In this document: one piece after another, positions 22,804 to 33,936 of the stretch | How the letters are laid out: the number at the start of each line of letters is the position of its first letter | Position numbering within the stretch: position 1 is the stretch's first letter | From: an uncultured Chloroflexia bacterium | Lineage (GTDB): Bacteria > Chloroflexota > Dehalococcoidia > UBA2979 | Reading direction: 5' to 3' | Assembly (NCBI GenBank): GCA_963728205.1 | Contig: CAVSIV010000002.1 | Span: 256,001-320,000, forward strand | DNA: 64,000 bases | Notes under the pieces: generated by a model | Seen by the model: the letters and a program-made list of their open reading frames with translations, nothing else | The model's database searches: none | Told to the model about the DNA's origin: nothing | Translations under genes and position numbers: made by a program

Positions 22804-24252
22804 ATGCGCGCGCCAGCGCACCCCGTGGTCCTCGAGACGAACGCGCGCCTGCTGGCGCGCCGCGCATGCGGCCCCGGCGGCACGCTGCTCGACGTCCCCG
22901 GCGCGCACTGGGACGGCGTCGCCGGCGCGTTCGACATGGTGTGGCTGATGGGCGTCTGGCAGCGCAGCGACGCCTCGCGCGCCGAGGCGCTGGCGAACGG
23001 CGACCTGCGCCGCGCGTTCGACGCCGCGCTGCCGGGCTGGCGCGAGACGGACGTCGCCGGCTCCCCGTACGCGGTGGCCGACTACACGCTCGACGCCGCG
23101 CTGGGCGTGCCCGGCGACCTGTCGGTGCTCCGCGAGCGGCTGCGCACGCGCGGCCTGGGCCTCGTGCTCGACTTCGTCCCGAACCACGTCGCGCGCGATC
23201 ACCCCTGGACGCGCGGTCAGGCCGACTTCTGCGTGCGTCCGGCGGCTGCGGTCGCGGAGGCGCACCCGGGCTGGTTCTTCCGCACTCCCGACGGCGTGCT
23301 GGTCGCCCACGGCCGCGACCCGAACTTCGCTCCCTGGAGCGACACGGCACAGCTCAACTACGCGCACCCCGGCCTGCGCGCCGCGCAGGTCGAGCAGCTG
23401 CTCGCGATCGCCGGCCAGGCCGACGGCGTGCGCTGCGACATGGCGATGCTCGCGCTGAACGACGTCTTCGGCGACGTATGGGGCCCGGTCATCGGCCAGC
23501 TCGGCATGCCGTCGACGGAGTTCTGGGCGACCGCGATCGGGGCGGTGAAGGCGCGCTACCCCGACTTCCTCTTCATCGCCGAGGCGTACTGGGGGCTCGA
23601 GGCGCGCCTGCTCGAGCTCGGCTTCGACTACGTCTACGACAAGACGCTCTACGACCGCCTGCGCCACGACGACGTCGCGGCGCTGCGCGGCTGGCGCCCG
23701 GAGCACGGGCTGGGCGATCACGGCGTGCGCTTCATCGAGAACCACGACGAGGACCGCGCGGCGACGGCGTTCGGCCCGGCGAAGGGGCGCGCCGCCGCGA
23801 CGGTGGCGGCGACACTCCCCGGTCTCCGCCTCATCCATGACGGCCAGCGCGAGGGCCGCCGCGCCCGTATCCCCGTGCAGCTCCTGCGCGAGCCCGACGA
23901 GCCTGTCGATGCCGCGACGGCGGCCTTCTACGACCGGCTGCTCTCCGCGGCGCGCGACCCGGTGCTGCGCGAGGGCGTGTGGCACCCCGTTGACGTGGTG
24001 GCCAACGGCGCGTGGGGCAACGAGGGCCACGTGCTCGCGTGGTCGTGGCAGGCGAATGGCAGCGCGCTCGTGGTGGCCGTGAACTACGCCAACGCGCCGG
24101 CGAGCTGCCGACTCGTGCTGCCGGCGCCGGCGCCGGCAGCGGCGCTCGAGCTGACGGAACGCCTGGCCGACCCGCCGGCACGCGCGGTCGCGCAGCCGGC
24201 GCTCACGGTGTCGCTCACGCTCGAGCCGTGGGCCGCGCACGTCCTGACCTAA
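22804..24252 (+). CDS. GH13 alpha-amylase family protein
   Basis: LDFVPNH, RCDMAM (nucleophile Asp), FIAEAYW (Glu) and FIENHDE (Asp). ATG at 22804 after GGGAG. Confidence 0.92.
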   Translation: MRAPAHPVVLETNARLLARRACGPGGTLLDVPGAHWDGVAGAFDMVWLMGVWQRSDASRAEALANGDLRRAFDAALPGWRETDVAGSPYAVADYTLDAALGVPGDLSVLRERLRTRGLGLVLDFVPNHVARDHPWTRGQADFCVRPAAAVAEAHPGWFFRTPDGVLVAHGRDPNFAPWSDTAQLNYAHPGLRAAQVEQLLAIAGQADGVRCDMAMLALNDVFGDVWGPVIGQLGMPSTEFWATAIGAVKARYPDFLFIAEAYWGLEARLLELGFDYVYDKTLYDRLRHDDVAALRGWRPEHGLGDHGVRFIENHDEDRAATAFGPAKGRAAATVAATLPGLRLIHDGQREGRRARIPVQLLREPDEPVDAATAAFYDRLLSAARDPVLREGVWHPVDVVANGAWGNEGHVLAWSWQANGSALVVAVNYANAPASCRLVLPAPAPAAALELTERLADPPARAVAQPALTVSLTLEPWAAHVLT

Positions 24253-24327
24253 GCGGCGGCAGACATGCCGCCGACGCGGCCGCGGGCGGCCCCCCCGCGA
24301 TCTGTCGGCGGCATGTCTGCCGCCGCT
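24252..24327. repeat. Perfect 24-bp inverted repeat; member of an intergenic REP-like family
   Basis: AGCGGCGGCAGACATGCCGCCGAC (24252-24275) and its exact reverse complement (24304-24327). Confidence 0.9.
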
Positions 24328-24467
24328 GTGGGGCGGGGCGACGGCGACGGACGTTCCCCTTCGTCCCCCTCGATGCGGCACCATCGCCCCTGTGCGGCCT
24401 CGGGCCGCGGCGGCAGCCTCGATGCAGAGACGCCTGCGCGCCGCGCGGGCGAGCATGGAGGCACGTC

Positions 24468-25544
24468 ATGGCCGAGCGGATTCGGGTCGGCATCAACGGG
24501 TACGGGGTGATCGGCAAGCGCGTGGCGGACGCCGTCCGCCTGCAGCCGGACATGGAGCTCATGGGCGTGGCCGACGTCACACCCGACTACCGCGTGGAGA
24601 CCGCAGTCACGCTCGACCTGCCGGTGTTCGTCGCTGACCCGGCCCGACTGCCGGACTTCCACAACGCGGGCGTGCCCGTCGCCGGCACCGTCGACGCGCT
24701 CGTCTCCGTGAGCGACGTGATCGTCGACTGCACCCCGAAGGGCGTCGCGTCGCGCAACCTCGACCTCTATCGCGCGGCCGGCGTGAAGGCGGTGTTCCAG
24801 GGCGGCGAGCCGCACGAGCTGACGGGCCACTCGTTCGTTGCGCAGGCGAACTACGAGACGGCGGTCGGGCGCGAGACGACGCGCGTGGTGTCGTGCAACA
24901 CGACGAGCATCGTGCGCACGCTCGGCGCGCTCCGCGACGCCGGACTGCTGCGCCGCGCGCGCGGCGTGCTCGTCCGGCGCGCGACCAATCCGTGGGAGTC
25001 CGACCACAGCGGCATCATGGACACCGTGGTCCCCGAGCGGCACATCCCCAGCCACCAGGGACCCGACGCGCGCTCCGTCATCCCCGACCTCGACCTCGTG
25101 ACGATCGCGGCGAAGGCCGCGCACACGCACGGGCACATTCACTACTGGTTCGTCGACCTCGCGCGGCCGGCGAGCCGCGACGAGGTGCTCGACGCCTTCC
25201 GCCGCGCGCCGCGCATCGCGTTCGTGCGCGAGAGCGAAGGCATCGTCGCGCTCAACAGCACGCAGGAGCTGATGCGCGACCTCGGCCGCCCGCGCGGCGA
25301 CATGTGGGAGGTGGCGCTCTGGCAGGACATCCTCAGCGTCGACGGCTCCGAGGCGTACTACACGTATCAGGTCGACAACGAGGCGATCGTCGTGCCGGAG
25401 AACATCGACGCGGTGCGCGCGCTCGCCGGCCGGGTGCGCGATGGCGCGGAATCGATCCGCATCACCGACGAGTCGCTCGGGATGCGTCGCGAGTTCCTGC
25501 ACCCGCGCGCCGACGTGCTCGCGGCGCGGCACCTGATCGCCTGA
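24468..25544 (+). CDS. gap: Type II (archaeal-type) glyceraldehyde-3-phosphate dehydrogenase
   Basis: GINGYGVIGKRVADAV, VDCTPKG, FQGGE, VVSCNTT, PSHQGPD and AIVVPENIDAVRA are the class II signature. GGAGG RBS. Confidence 0.92.
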   Translation: MAERIRVGINGYGVIGKRVADAVRLQPDMELMGVADVTPDYRVETAVTLDLPVFVADPARLPDFHNAGVPVAGTVDALVSVSDVIVDCTPKGVASRNLDLYRAAGVKAVFQGGEPHELTGHSFVAQANYETAVGRETTRVVSCNTTSIVRTLGALRDAGLLRRARGVLVRRATNPWESDHSGIMDTVVPERHIPSHQGPDARSVIPDLDLVTIAAKAAHTHGHIHYWFVDLARPASRDEVLDAFRRAPRIAFVRESEGIVALNSTQELMRDLGRPRGDMWEVALWQDILSVDGSEAYYTYQVDNEAIVVPENIDAVRALAGRVRDGAESIRITDESLGMRREFLHPRADVLAARHLIA

Positions 25545-25644
25545 CGGCGCCGGGTGCCCGGGCCCCGCGTCAAGCGGCGGCAGCATGCCGCCGATTCCGT
25601 GCGGCGTCTGCCCGCGACCGACGCTGGTTCCTGGATCGCGGGCT

Positions 25645-28287
25645 CTATCCGCCGTCGCCGCGGGCGATCGCGATGCGTGCGTCGACGATGGCGAGTCCGT
25701 TGCCGCGCGGGAACACGCGCACGGGGTTGAGATCCATCTCGGCGATCTCGGGTGCGACCCCGGTGAGCCACGCCGTGCGCAGCAGCAGGTCCTCGACGGC
25801 CGCGACGTCGGCCGGCGGCGCGCCCCGGTAGCCGTCCAGCAGCGGGAAGCCGCGGATCGCGCGCACCTGCTCTGCCGCGTCGACGTCGGTCAGTGGCGTG
25901 AGGCGGAAGGCGACGTCGCGCAGCACCTCCACGGTCGTCCCGCCGAGCCCGAACCCGACCAGTGGCCCGAAGGTGGGGTCGACCGTGACGCCGACCATCA
26001 CCTCGATCCCGCCCGGCACCATGCGCTGCACGAGGTAGCCGCTCACACCCTCGAGCCCCGCCATGCGCTCGCACGCGGAGCGCACCGCAGCGGCGTCCGC
26101 GAGCGCCAGCGCCACGCCGCCGACGTCGGACTTGTGCACGATCGCGGTGGACACGACCTTCACCGCGACCGGGAAGCCGACCGCGACCGCGGCCTCCGCG
26201 GCCGCTTCCGGCGTCGGGGCGATGCGGAAGGAGGGGAGGGCGAGCCCGGCGGCGCCGAGCAGCCGCGCGACCCGGTCGGGGGCCAGCCACGGCGACGCGC
26301 CGGTGGCCGCGCGGGCATCGTCGATCGCGGCGCGCGCGGCGGCGGCATCGACGCCGGTCGGCACGCGGACCACCCCGGGGTCGCGGCGGCGCCACTCTTC
26401 GTAGCGGACGGCGTGCCCGAGCGCGCGCGCGGGTGCCTCGGGGAAGCGGTAGGCGGGAATGGGGCGAGGGTCGTCGGTCGCGCCGCGCAGGGGGCCGGGC
26501 GCGTCATCGGGAGACATAAAGCACGCGAGCACGGGTTTCGCCCCGACCCCGCCGGGCGCCTGCGCGACGCCGCGATGGAGCGCGCGCGCATAGTCGTCGG
26601 CGGGGCCGCCCGAGACCGGGATGTAGATCGCGATGAGGGCGTCGACGGCGTCGTCGGCGAGGACCGTGCGCGCGACGGTTTCGTACTGAGCGGGCGTGGC
26701 GGAGGCGATCATGTCGACGGGGTTGCCGAGGCCGGCGGTCGGCGGCAGCGCCACGCGGAGGGCGTCGGTCGTGGCACCGGCGAGCGAGGGCAGCGTGAGC
26801 CCGTTCGCTTCGCAGGCGTCGGCGCAGAGGATGCCCGGGCCGCCGGCGTTCGTGATCACCGCGACGCGCGGCCCGCGCGGCGGAGGCTGGTTCGTCAGCA
26901 GGGATGCGACGTCGAACAGCTCCTCGAGCGTGTCGAGGCGAATGATGCCGGCCTGGCGGAAGAGCGCGTCGGCAGCGACATCGGAGCCGGCGAGCGCGGC
27001 GGTGTGCGAGCGCGCGGCGCGCGAACCGGCGGCGCTGCGCCCGCTCTTCACGGCGAGGATCGGCTTCGTCCGGCCGACGCGCCGTGCGATGCGCGCGAAC
27101 TTCCGCGGGTTGCCGAACGACTCCAGGTAGAGGGCGATCACGTTCGTGTCCGGGTCGGCCTCCCAGTACTGCAGCAGGTCGTTGCCGGAGACGTCGGCCT
27201 TGTTGCCGACGCTGACGAACGACGACAGCCCGATGCCGAGCCGCGTCGCGTAGTCGGCGATGGCGAGGCCCATCGCGCCGCTCTGCGACGACATCGCGAC
27301 GCCGCCGCGCGGCGGCAGGCCGCGGCCGAAGGTGGCGTTGAGGCGGACGGCGGGGTTGGTGTTGAACACGCCGAGGCAGTTGGGGCCGACCATGCGCATG
27401 CCATGTCCGCGCACGCGCGCGACGAGCGCCGCCTGCGCCGCACGCCCGGGGTCGCCCGTCTCGGCGAAGCCGGCGGTGAGCACGATCAGCGCGCGCACCC
27501 CGTGTGTGGCGCACGCGTCGACGGCAGCCGGCACGGCGCTCGGGGGCACGGCGATCACCGCGAGGTCGACGGGGTCGGGGATCGCGTCCACCGAGGGGTA
27601 GGCGCGGATCGCGCCGATCGAGAGCGCGGACGGGTTCACGGGATAGACGGGGCCCGCGAAGCCGCCGGCAACGAGCCGGTCGAGCACGACGCGGCCGATC
27701 GCGCCCGGCGTGCGCGACGCGCCGACGACGGCGACGGAGCGCGGGCGGAACAGCGGGACGAGCGAGGCGGCGGTGGCCGCGCGCTCGCGCTCGTCGAAGC
27801 GGGCGAGGCCGTGCGCGTCGGGGTTGGTGGTGATCGTGAACGCGAGCCCGCCGGGCGTCGCCTCCTCGGCGATCACGAGGCCGCTGCTGCGCAGCACGTC
27901 CTGCGCGCGGGCGTCGTCGGATGCCGCGACCGCGGTCAGCGCCGCGATGCCGGCTGCGTGCGCACGCTCGGCGACGTGCTGGAGGAGCAGCGTGCCGATG
28001 CCGCGTCCGAGCTCGTCTGCGCGCACCGCGAACATCGCGCGCGCGACCGGGCCGGCGGCGTCGCACGCGCCGACCGCCGCGGCGAGGTAGCCCGCCGCCC
28101 CGAGGATCGCCTCGCCGCCCGGCGCGTCGCGGGTCACGACGGAGACCGCCGCCAGGCGCGCGACGTCGTCGCGGCGGGCAGCGGTCCAGGGCAGGGCGGC
28201 GATCGCGTGCGCGTCGGCCGGCACCGCGGCGCGCACCCAGGCGCTCGCGCCGTCGCGCAGCAGGATCGGCTCGCGGTCGTCCGTCAT
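25645..28287 (-). CDS. GNAT + CoA-binding/ATP-grasp fusion (acetate-CoA ligase family / Pat-like protein acetyltransferase)
   Basis: N-terminal GRGIGTLLL (GNAT), then PRSVAVVGAS, GPNCLG, SQSGA, ARSHTAALAG, NAGGPG and HKSDVGGV. Confidence 0.9.
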   Translation of the reverse strand: MTDDREPILLRDGASAWVRAAVPADAHAIAALPWTAARRDDVARLAAVSVVTRDAPGGEAILGAAGYLAAAVGACDAAGPVARAMFAVRADELGRGIGTLLLQHVAERAHAAGIAALTAVAASDDARAQDVLRSSGLVIAEEATPGGLAFTITTNPDAHGLARFDERERAATAASLVPLFRPRSVAVVGASRTPGAIGRVVLDRLVAGGFAGPVYPVNPSALSIGAIRAYPSVDAIPDPVDLAVIAVPPSAVPAAVDACATHGVRALIVLTAGFAETGDPGRAAQAALVARVRGHGMRMVGPNCLGVFNTNPAVRLNATFGRGLPPRGGVAMSSQSGAMGLAIADYATRLGIGLSSFVSVGNKADVSGNDLLQYWEADPDTNVIALYLESFGNPRKFARIARRVGRTKPILAVKSGRSAAGSRAARSHTAALAGSDVAADALFRQAGIIRLDTLEELFDVASLLTNQPPPRGPRVAVITNAGGPGILCADACEANGLTLPSLAGATTDALRVALPPTAGLGNPVDMIASATPAQYETVARTVLADDAVDALIAIYIPVSGGPADDYARALHRGVAQAPGGVGAKPVLACFMSPDDAPGPLRGATDDPRPIPAYRFPEAPARALGHAVRYEEWRRRDPGVVRVPTGVDAAAARAAIDDARAATGASPWLAPDRVARLLGAAGLALPSFRIAPTPEAAAEAAVAVGFPVAVKVVSTAIVHKSDVGGVALALADAAAVRSACERMAGLEGVSGYLVQRMVPGGIEVMVGVTVDPTFGPLVGFGLGGTTVEVLRDVAFRLTPLTDVDAAEQVRAIRGFPLLDGYRGAPPADVAAVEDLLLRTAWLTGVAPEIAEMDLNPVRVFPRGNGLAIVDARIAIARGDGG

Positions 28288-28324
28288 GCCGGCATCGACC
28301 TTCCCCGGACGACGCGCGTCGGCG

Positions 28325-28864
28325 TCAGCTCGCGACCGGGCCGGCCGTCGCCGACGTGGAGCGCATCGCCGGTGGATTGGGGACGGCGCGCGGGCCCGCG
28401 AGCAGCACGGCGGCGGCGCCGGCATGCCGGAGCACGTACTCGGCGACCGACCCCAGCACTTCGCGGCCGAGCCCCGAGTGCCCGCGCGTCGCCATCACGA
28501 TCACCTCGGCGCCGCGCTCCGCGGCCGCGTCGAGGATCTCGTTGCCGGCCAGCCCCTCGCGCACGTCGGCGCGCGCGACGGTCACGCCGGCGGCGGCCAG
28601 CGCGCGGCGCGCCGCCTCCAGGTTCGCGGCAGCCTCGTCGCGCTGCATGAAGTGCGTGCTGTCGACGAGCTCCTCGAGCGACCGCTGGCCGCCGAGCGTG
28701 AACTCGTACGCCGACGCCTGGAGGTCGCGCCGCAGCGCCTCGCGCGTCGGAATGACCTGGACGAGGTCGACGACGGCCTCGGGCCCGGCGATCTGCGCGG
28801 CGTGCGGGATGGCCGTGCGCGCGAGCGGGGAGCCGTCGACGGCGAGCAGGATGTGGCGGTACAT
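28325..28864 (-). CDS. Universal stress protein
   Basis: MYRHILLAVDGS...IVMATRGHSG...LGSVAEYVLRH; GAAGGA RBS. Confidence 0.92.
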   Translation of the reverse strand: MYRHILLAVDGSPLARTAIPHAAQIAGPEAVVDLVQVIPTREALRRDLQASAYEFTLGGQRSLEELVDSTHFMQRDEAAANLEAARRALAAAGVTVARADVREGLAGNEILDAAAERGAEVIVMATRGHSGLGREVLGSVAEYVLRHAGAAAVLLAGPRAVPNPPAMRSTSATAGPVAS

Positions 28865-28965
28865 GGGTCGTCCTTCTTCCGGGTGGTCCGACGGCCGTGC
28901 CGCCGGGAGCGGAACCGGCGGCACGCCGTCTCTGTGGCCTGCGCCACCCCCGGTCGAAGCGCCGC

Positions 28966-29460
28966 CTACCGCTGCGCGGCCTCGCCCTCGGGGTGGATCA
29001 GCAGCACGGGAATGCCGTGGAGGTGACGGACCACGTGGTCGGCGACCGAGCCGAGGACCGTGCGCGTCAGGCCGGACCGGCCGTGCGTCGCCATCACGAC
29101 GACGTCGCAGCCCTCCGCGTGCGCCGCGTCGACGATCGCCGGACCCGGCGCGCCCTCGACGACCTTCGTCGTGACCTTCGCCACGCCGGCGCGCTCGAGG
29201 CGCTCACGCGCGAGCGCGAGATCCTCGGCCGCCGCCCCGTGCTGCCCCTCGACGACTTCCTGTACGACGTCCGGGTTCACGCCGATGCCGTTGAGCGCGA
29301 AGCCGGCGGGCGTCGTCTGCGCGAGGATGCGCGAGACGCTGTCCACGACTTCGATCACCAGCACCTCGCCCTCGCCGGCGGGCAGGACCTTCGCGACCTG
29401 TGCGATCGCGTCGGCGGAGAGTGCCGAGCCGTCGACCGGGAGCAGCGCTTTGCGGTACAC
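28966..29460 (-). CDS. Universal stress protein
   Basis: LLPVDGS...VVMATHGRSG...LGSVADHVVRH; GGAGGT RBS. Confidence 0.93.
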   Translation of the reverse strand: MYRKALLPVDGSALSADAIAQVAKVLPAGEGEVLVIEVVDSVSRILAQTTPAGFALNGIGVNPDVVQEVVEGQHGAAAEDLALARERLERAGVAKVTTKVVEGAPGPAIVDAAHAEGCDVVVMATHGRSGLTRTVLGSVADHVVRHLHGIPVLLIHPEGEAAQR

Positions 29461-29484
29461 GTCACCTCCACGGACCGCGTGGCG

Positions 29485-29925
29485 TTACGACGCGGTCTTG
29501 ATCTCGATCTTCTTGGGCATCGCCTTCTCGGACTTCGGAATGTGGATCGTCAGCACACCCTTGTCCAGTTCGGCCTGGACGTCGGCGCCGCCGTCGACCA
29601 CCCCCGGCAGCGCGAGGCGGCGGTTCAGGGCGCCCGAGAAGCGCTCCCGACGGTAGTACCGCTCGCCCTGCTCTTCTTTCTCTTCCTCGTGGTGCGCCTT
29701 GATCGAGAGGATGCCGGCATCGACCTGCACCTCAATCTCCTCCTGCTTGTAGCCGGGGACCGACGCCCGCACGGTGACCTCGCGGTCGTTTTCCGCGACG
29801 TCGACGGCGAGCGCGCCGTCCTCGAACTCGGCAGGCAGCAGCGTGCGCACCCAGGAGTCGTCGAAGAGGCGGCCCAGCCGCGTGTTCAGGTCGGCGAACG
29901 GCGAACGCAGGGTGATGTCGCTCAT
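29485..29925 (-). CDS. Hsp20/alpha-crystallin small heat shock protein
   Basis: AVDVAE...VRASVPG...RRERFSG...GVLTIHIPK; ATG at 29925 after GGAG. Confidence 0.93.
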   Translation of the reverse strand: MSDITLRSPFADLNTRLGRLFDDSWVRTLLPAEFEDGALAVDVAENDREVTVRASVPGYKQEEIEVQVDAGILSIKAHHEEEKEEQGERYYRRERFSGALNRRLALPGVVDGGADVQAELDKGVLTIHIPKSEKAMPKKIEIKTAS

Positions 29926-30052
29926 GGTCCTGGCTCCGATCAATCTATCCGCTCGATGTCGCGGGCCGGCACGGGCCGCCGCGCGCCCGGTCCTCACCCG
30001 AGTGTGCGCTGCGATCCGCCGCGCGCTTAGAGGCATACGTGCGGCGCGCGGC

Positions 30053-30066
30053 GTGACCTTCGTCCG
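30053..30066. promoter_or_regulatory. DosR-box-like site GTGACCTTCGTCCG between divergent hsp20 and PAS kinase genes
   Basis: 13/14 identical to the sites at 31993 and 39221; resembles the GGGAC-N4-GTCCC core of mycobacterial DosR boxes. Confidence 0.6.
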
Positions 30067-30189
30067 CACCCGTTCCCCGAGAAAACTCGCACCGGCTTCT
30101 GATATGTGGGACGCTGGATGACGCTCAGCAGCGGCGGAGCGGGCTGAGGGCCGTGAGGTGGGGTGGGCCACCGCCGGGTGAGGGCGCAC

Positions 30190-31611
30190 ATGGATCGTAT
30201 CGGGCCCGACGCCTTCACCATGCTGCTCGACGCGGCGCCCGACGGCGTCACCGTGGTCGATGACCGCGGCATCGTCATCTACGTCAACGAGCAGATGGAG
30301 CGGCTCTTCGGCTACGCGCGCGCCGAGATCATCGGCCAGCGTGTCGAGATGCTGCTGCCGGATTCGCTGCGCCAGGTGCACGTCCGGCATCGCGCCGAGT
30401 TCCAGTCGGCGGCGCGCCGGCGCCCGATGGGCAGCGGGCTCGACCTCGTCGGCCGGCGCAAGGACGGTAGCGAGTTCCCCGTCGAGATCAGCCTCAGCCC
30501 GCTCGAGACCGAGCACGGCGTGTTCGTCACCGCGATCGTGCGCGACGTCACCCAGCGCCGTCACACGCAGCAGGCGCTGCAGGCGAGCGAGGAGCGCTAC
30601 CGCCTCCTCGCCGAGAACGCCGAGGACGTCATCTATCGCGTGGCCGTCGCGCCGGGCCCGCCCCGCGTCGAATACATCAGCCCGGCGGTGCGCTTCACGG
30701 GGCACTCGCCCGACGAGTTCTACGCGCGTCCCGATCTCCTGCTGCAGGTGATCCATCCGGGCGACCGCGACATCGGCGCGCAGATGCTCGCCGACCCGGG
30801 TTCGTTCACGACGCCCGTGACCGTGCGCTTCCTCGATGGCGATGGCGTGCCGGTCTGGCTCGAACACCGCATCCGGCCGATCCGTGATGCCGGCGGGCGC
30901 ATCGTCGCCTTCGAGGGCATCGGCCGCGACACCACCGAACGCATCCGTGTCGAGGAGGAGCGCCGCCTGCTGCTGGCCGACGCCGAGATGCAGCGCGAAC
31001 GCGAGCGCATCGCGGCCGACCTCCATGACGGCGTGATGCAGTCGATCTACGGCGTCGGGCTCAGCCTGCGGCAGGCGAACAGTCACCTCGGCGACGGCCA
31101 CCCGGAGGCACGCGAGCGCATCGAGGAGGCGATCGACGAGCTGGCGAACGCGATCGCGGACATCCGCCGGTACGTCATGGATCTGCGCCCCGTGCGCTTC
31201 ACCGGCGACCTCACGACGTCGCTCTCCGACGTGGCGCGGCTGTTCGAGCTGAGCTCCGGGATCCCGACGACGATGGAGATCGACCTCGGCGACGCGGAGC
31301 CGGCCGACGAGCGGGCGCTGGCGATGTTCCACGTGGTGCGCGAGGCGCTCTCGAACGTCCGGCGCCACGCCCGGGCGACCGGCGTGTCGATCTCATTGCG
31401 CTCCGCCGACGGCGAGCTGTGCCTGGCGATCACGGATGACGGCGTCGGATTCGACGCCGCCGAGGCCGGCCCCGAGGGACACTTCGGGCTGCAGAACATG
31501 CACCTGCGCGCGCGCGCCGCCGGCGGGCGGCTCGCCATCGAGAGCGCCCCCGGCCAGGGGACATCGGTCGCGATGCGCGTCCCCGTCGCAGCGGCGCCGC
31601 CCGTCGCGTAG
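30190..31611 (+). CDS. Cytoplasmic PAS-PAS sensor histidine kinase (HisKA_3/NarX-type)
   Basis: GRRKDGSEFPVEISLS (PAC), second PAS, ERERIAADLHD, EALSNVRRHA, DDGVGF and GHFGL; no TM segment. Confidence 0.93.
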   Translation: MDRIGPDAFTMLLDAAPDGVTVVDDRGIVIYVNEQMERLFGYARAEIIGQRVEMLLPDSLRQVHVRHRAEFQSAARRRPMGSGLDLVGRRKDGSEFPVEISLSPLETEHGVFVTAIVRDVTQRRHTQQALQASEERYRLLAENAEDVIYRVAVAPGPPRVEYISPAVRFTGHSPDEFYARPDLLLQVIHPGDRDIGAQMLADPGSFTTPVTVRFLDGDGVPVWLEHRIRPIRDAGGRIVAFEGIGRDTTERIRVEEERRLLLADAEMQRERERIAADLHDGVMQSIYGVGLSLRQANSHLGDGHPEARERIEEAIDELANAIADIRRYVMDLRPVRFTGDLTTSLSDVARLFELSSGIPTTMEIDLGDAEPADERALAMFHVVREALSNVRRHARATGVSISLRSADGELCLAITDDGVGFDAAEAGPEGHFGLQNMHLRARAAGGRLAIESAPGQGTSVAMRVPVAAAPPVA

Positions 31612-31655
31612 TCCGACCCTTCCCGAGATCGCTGCGGAGCAGCCGCTGCGGCCTG

Positions 31656-31874
31656 CTACTCTCCGTCGCTGGCCGGGTCCCGGAAGCGGGGGAACGGCTG
31701 TCGGTGGCCGGGCTCCGGCTCGACGTAGCGGTTGCTGAACTCGCGCTGCGTGCCGCAGTTCACGCAGCGGCCCGTGCTGACCATCGACACCGGCGCATCG
31801 ATCACCCAGTGGTGCACGCACGCGCCGGTGGCGGTCGCGCGCGTCTCCGTCGACACCTGCACGTCAGTCGTCAT
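31656..31874 (-). CDS. Small Cys/His (zinc-finger-like) protein
   Basis: Strong RBS GGAGGAGG; CVHHWVID...GRCVNCG motif; 72 aa. Confidence 0.7.
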   Translation of the reverse strand: MTTDVQVSTETRATATGACVHHWVIDAPVSMVSTGRCVNCGTQREFSNRYVEPEPGHRQPFPRFRDPASDGE

Positions 31875-31992
31875 CGCGAAATCCTCCTCCACGCGGGCCG
31901 GCTTCCCGCAGGAGCGGGGCGGCGAACCGGTCGGAGCGCGATGTTCGGCCGGCGGGGCGACCCGGGGCACGTCGCTTCGTACTGTCGCGCGT

Positions 31993-32025
31993 GTGACCTT
32001 CGTCCCGCGCCCGGTCAATGGTCCC
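31993..32025. promoter_or_regulatory. Tandem DosR-box-like sites (GTGACCTTCGTCCC 31993-32006; CGGTCAATGGTCCC 32012-32025)
   Basis: Located in a divergent promoter region. The first site is the exact reverse complement of 39221-39234. Confidence 0.65.
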
Positions 32026-32144
32026 GGATCCGCGGCCCGGACCCGTGACGATCGACCGGACGACCGGTGACGTTCTGCAGTGCGGTCCAGATCAGGGCTC
32101 GGGCATCCTCTCGCTGTACGGCCGGGAGCGCAGAGGAGCCCACG

Positions 32145-32347
32145 ATGACAACGACCGCCGCCCTATCCGGCAGAGAAGTGCAGGTCCCGTGTGAGCGAGG
32201 GGGCACGCTCGTCTGCCCTCGCTGCGCGGCGCGGCTCTTGCACGACGGCGCGAACGTAATCTGCGTGCTGTGCGGATATGAGTACGGCGTGGCGCAGCTC
32301 ATCGCGCACCGCCACCGTCACGACGACGCGGCCACGACTGCGCAGCG

Positions 32348-32351
<4 letters not shown>
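32145..32351 (+). CDS. Small zinc-ribbon protein
   Basis: GAGGAG RBS; CPRC...CVLC pairs; the stop overlaps the otsA start (TTGA). Confidence 0.7.
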
Positions 32352-33898
<1,547 letters not shown>

Positions 33899-33936
33899 CC
33901 AGCGGCGACCCGCCCGGTGGGGAGGTGTGAGCGGAC

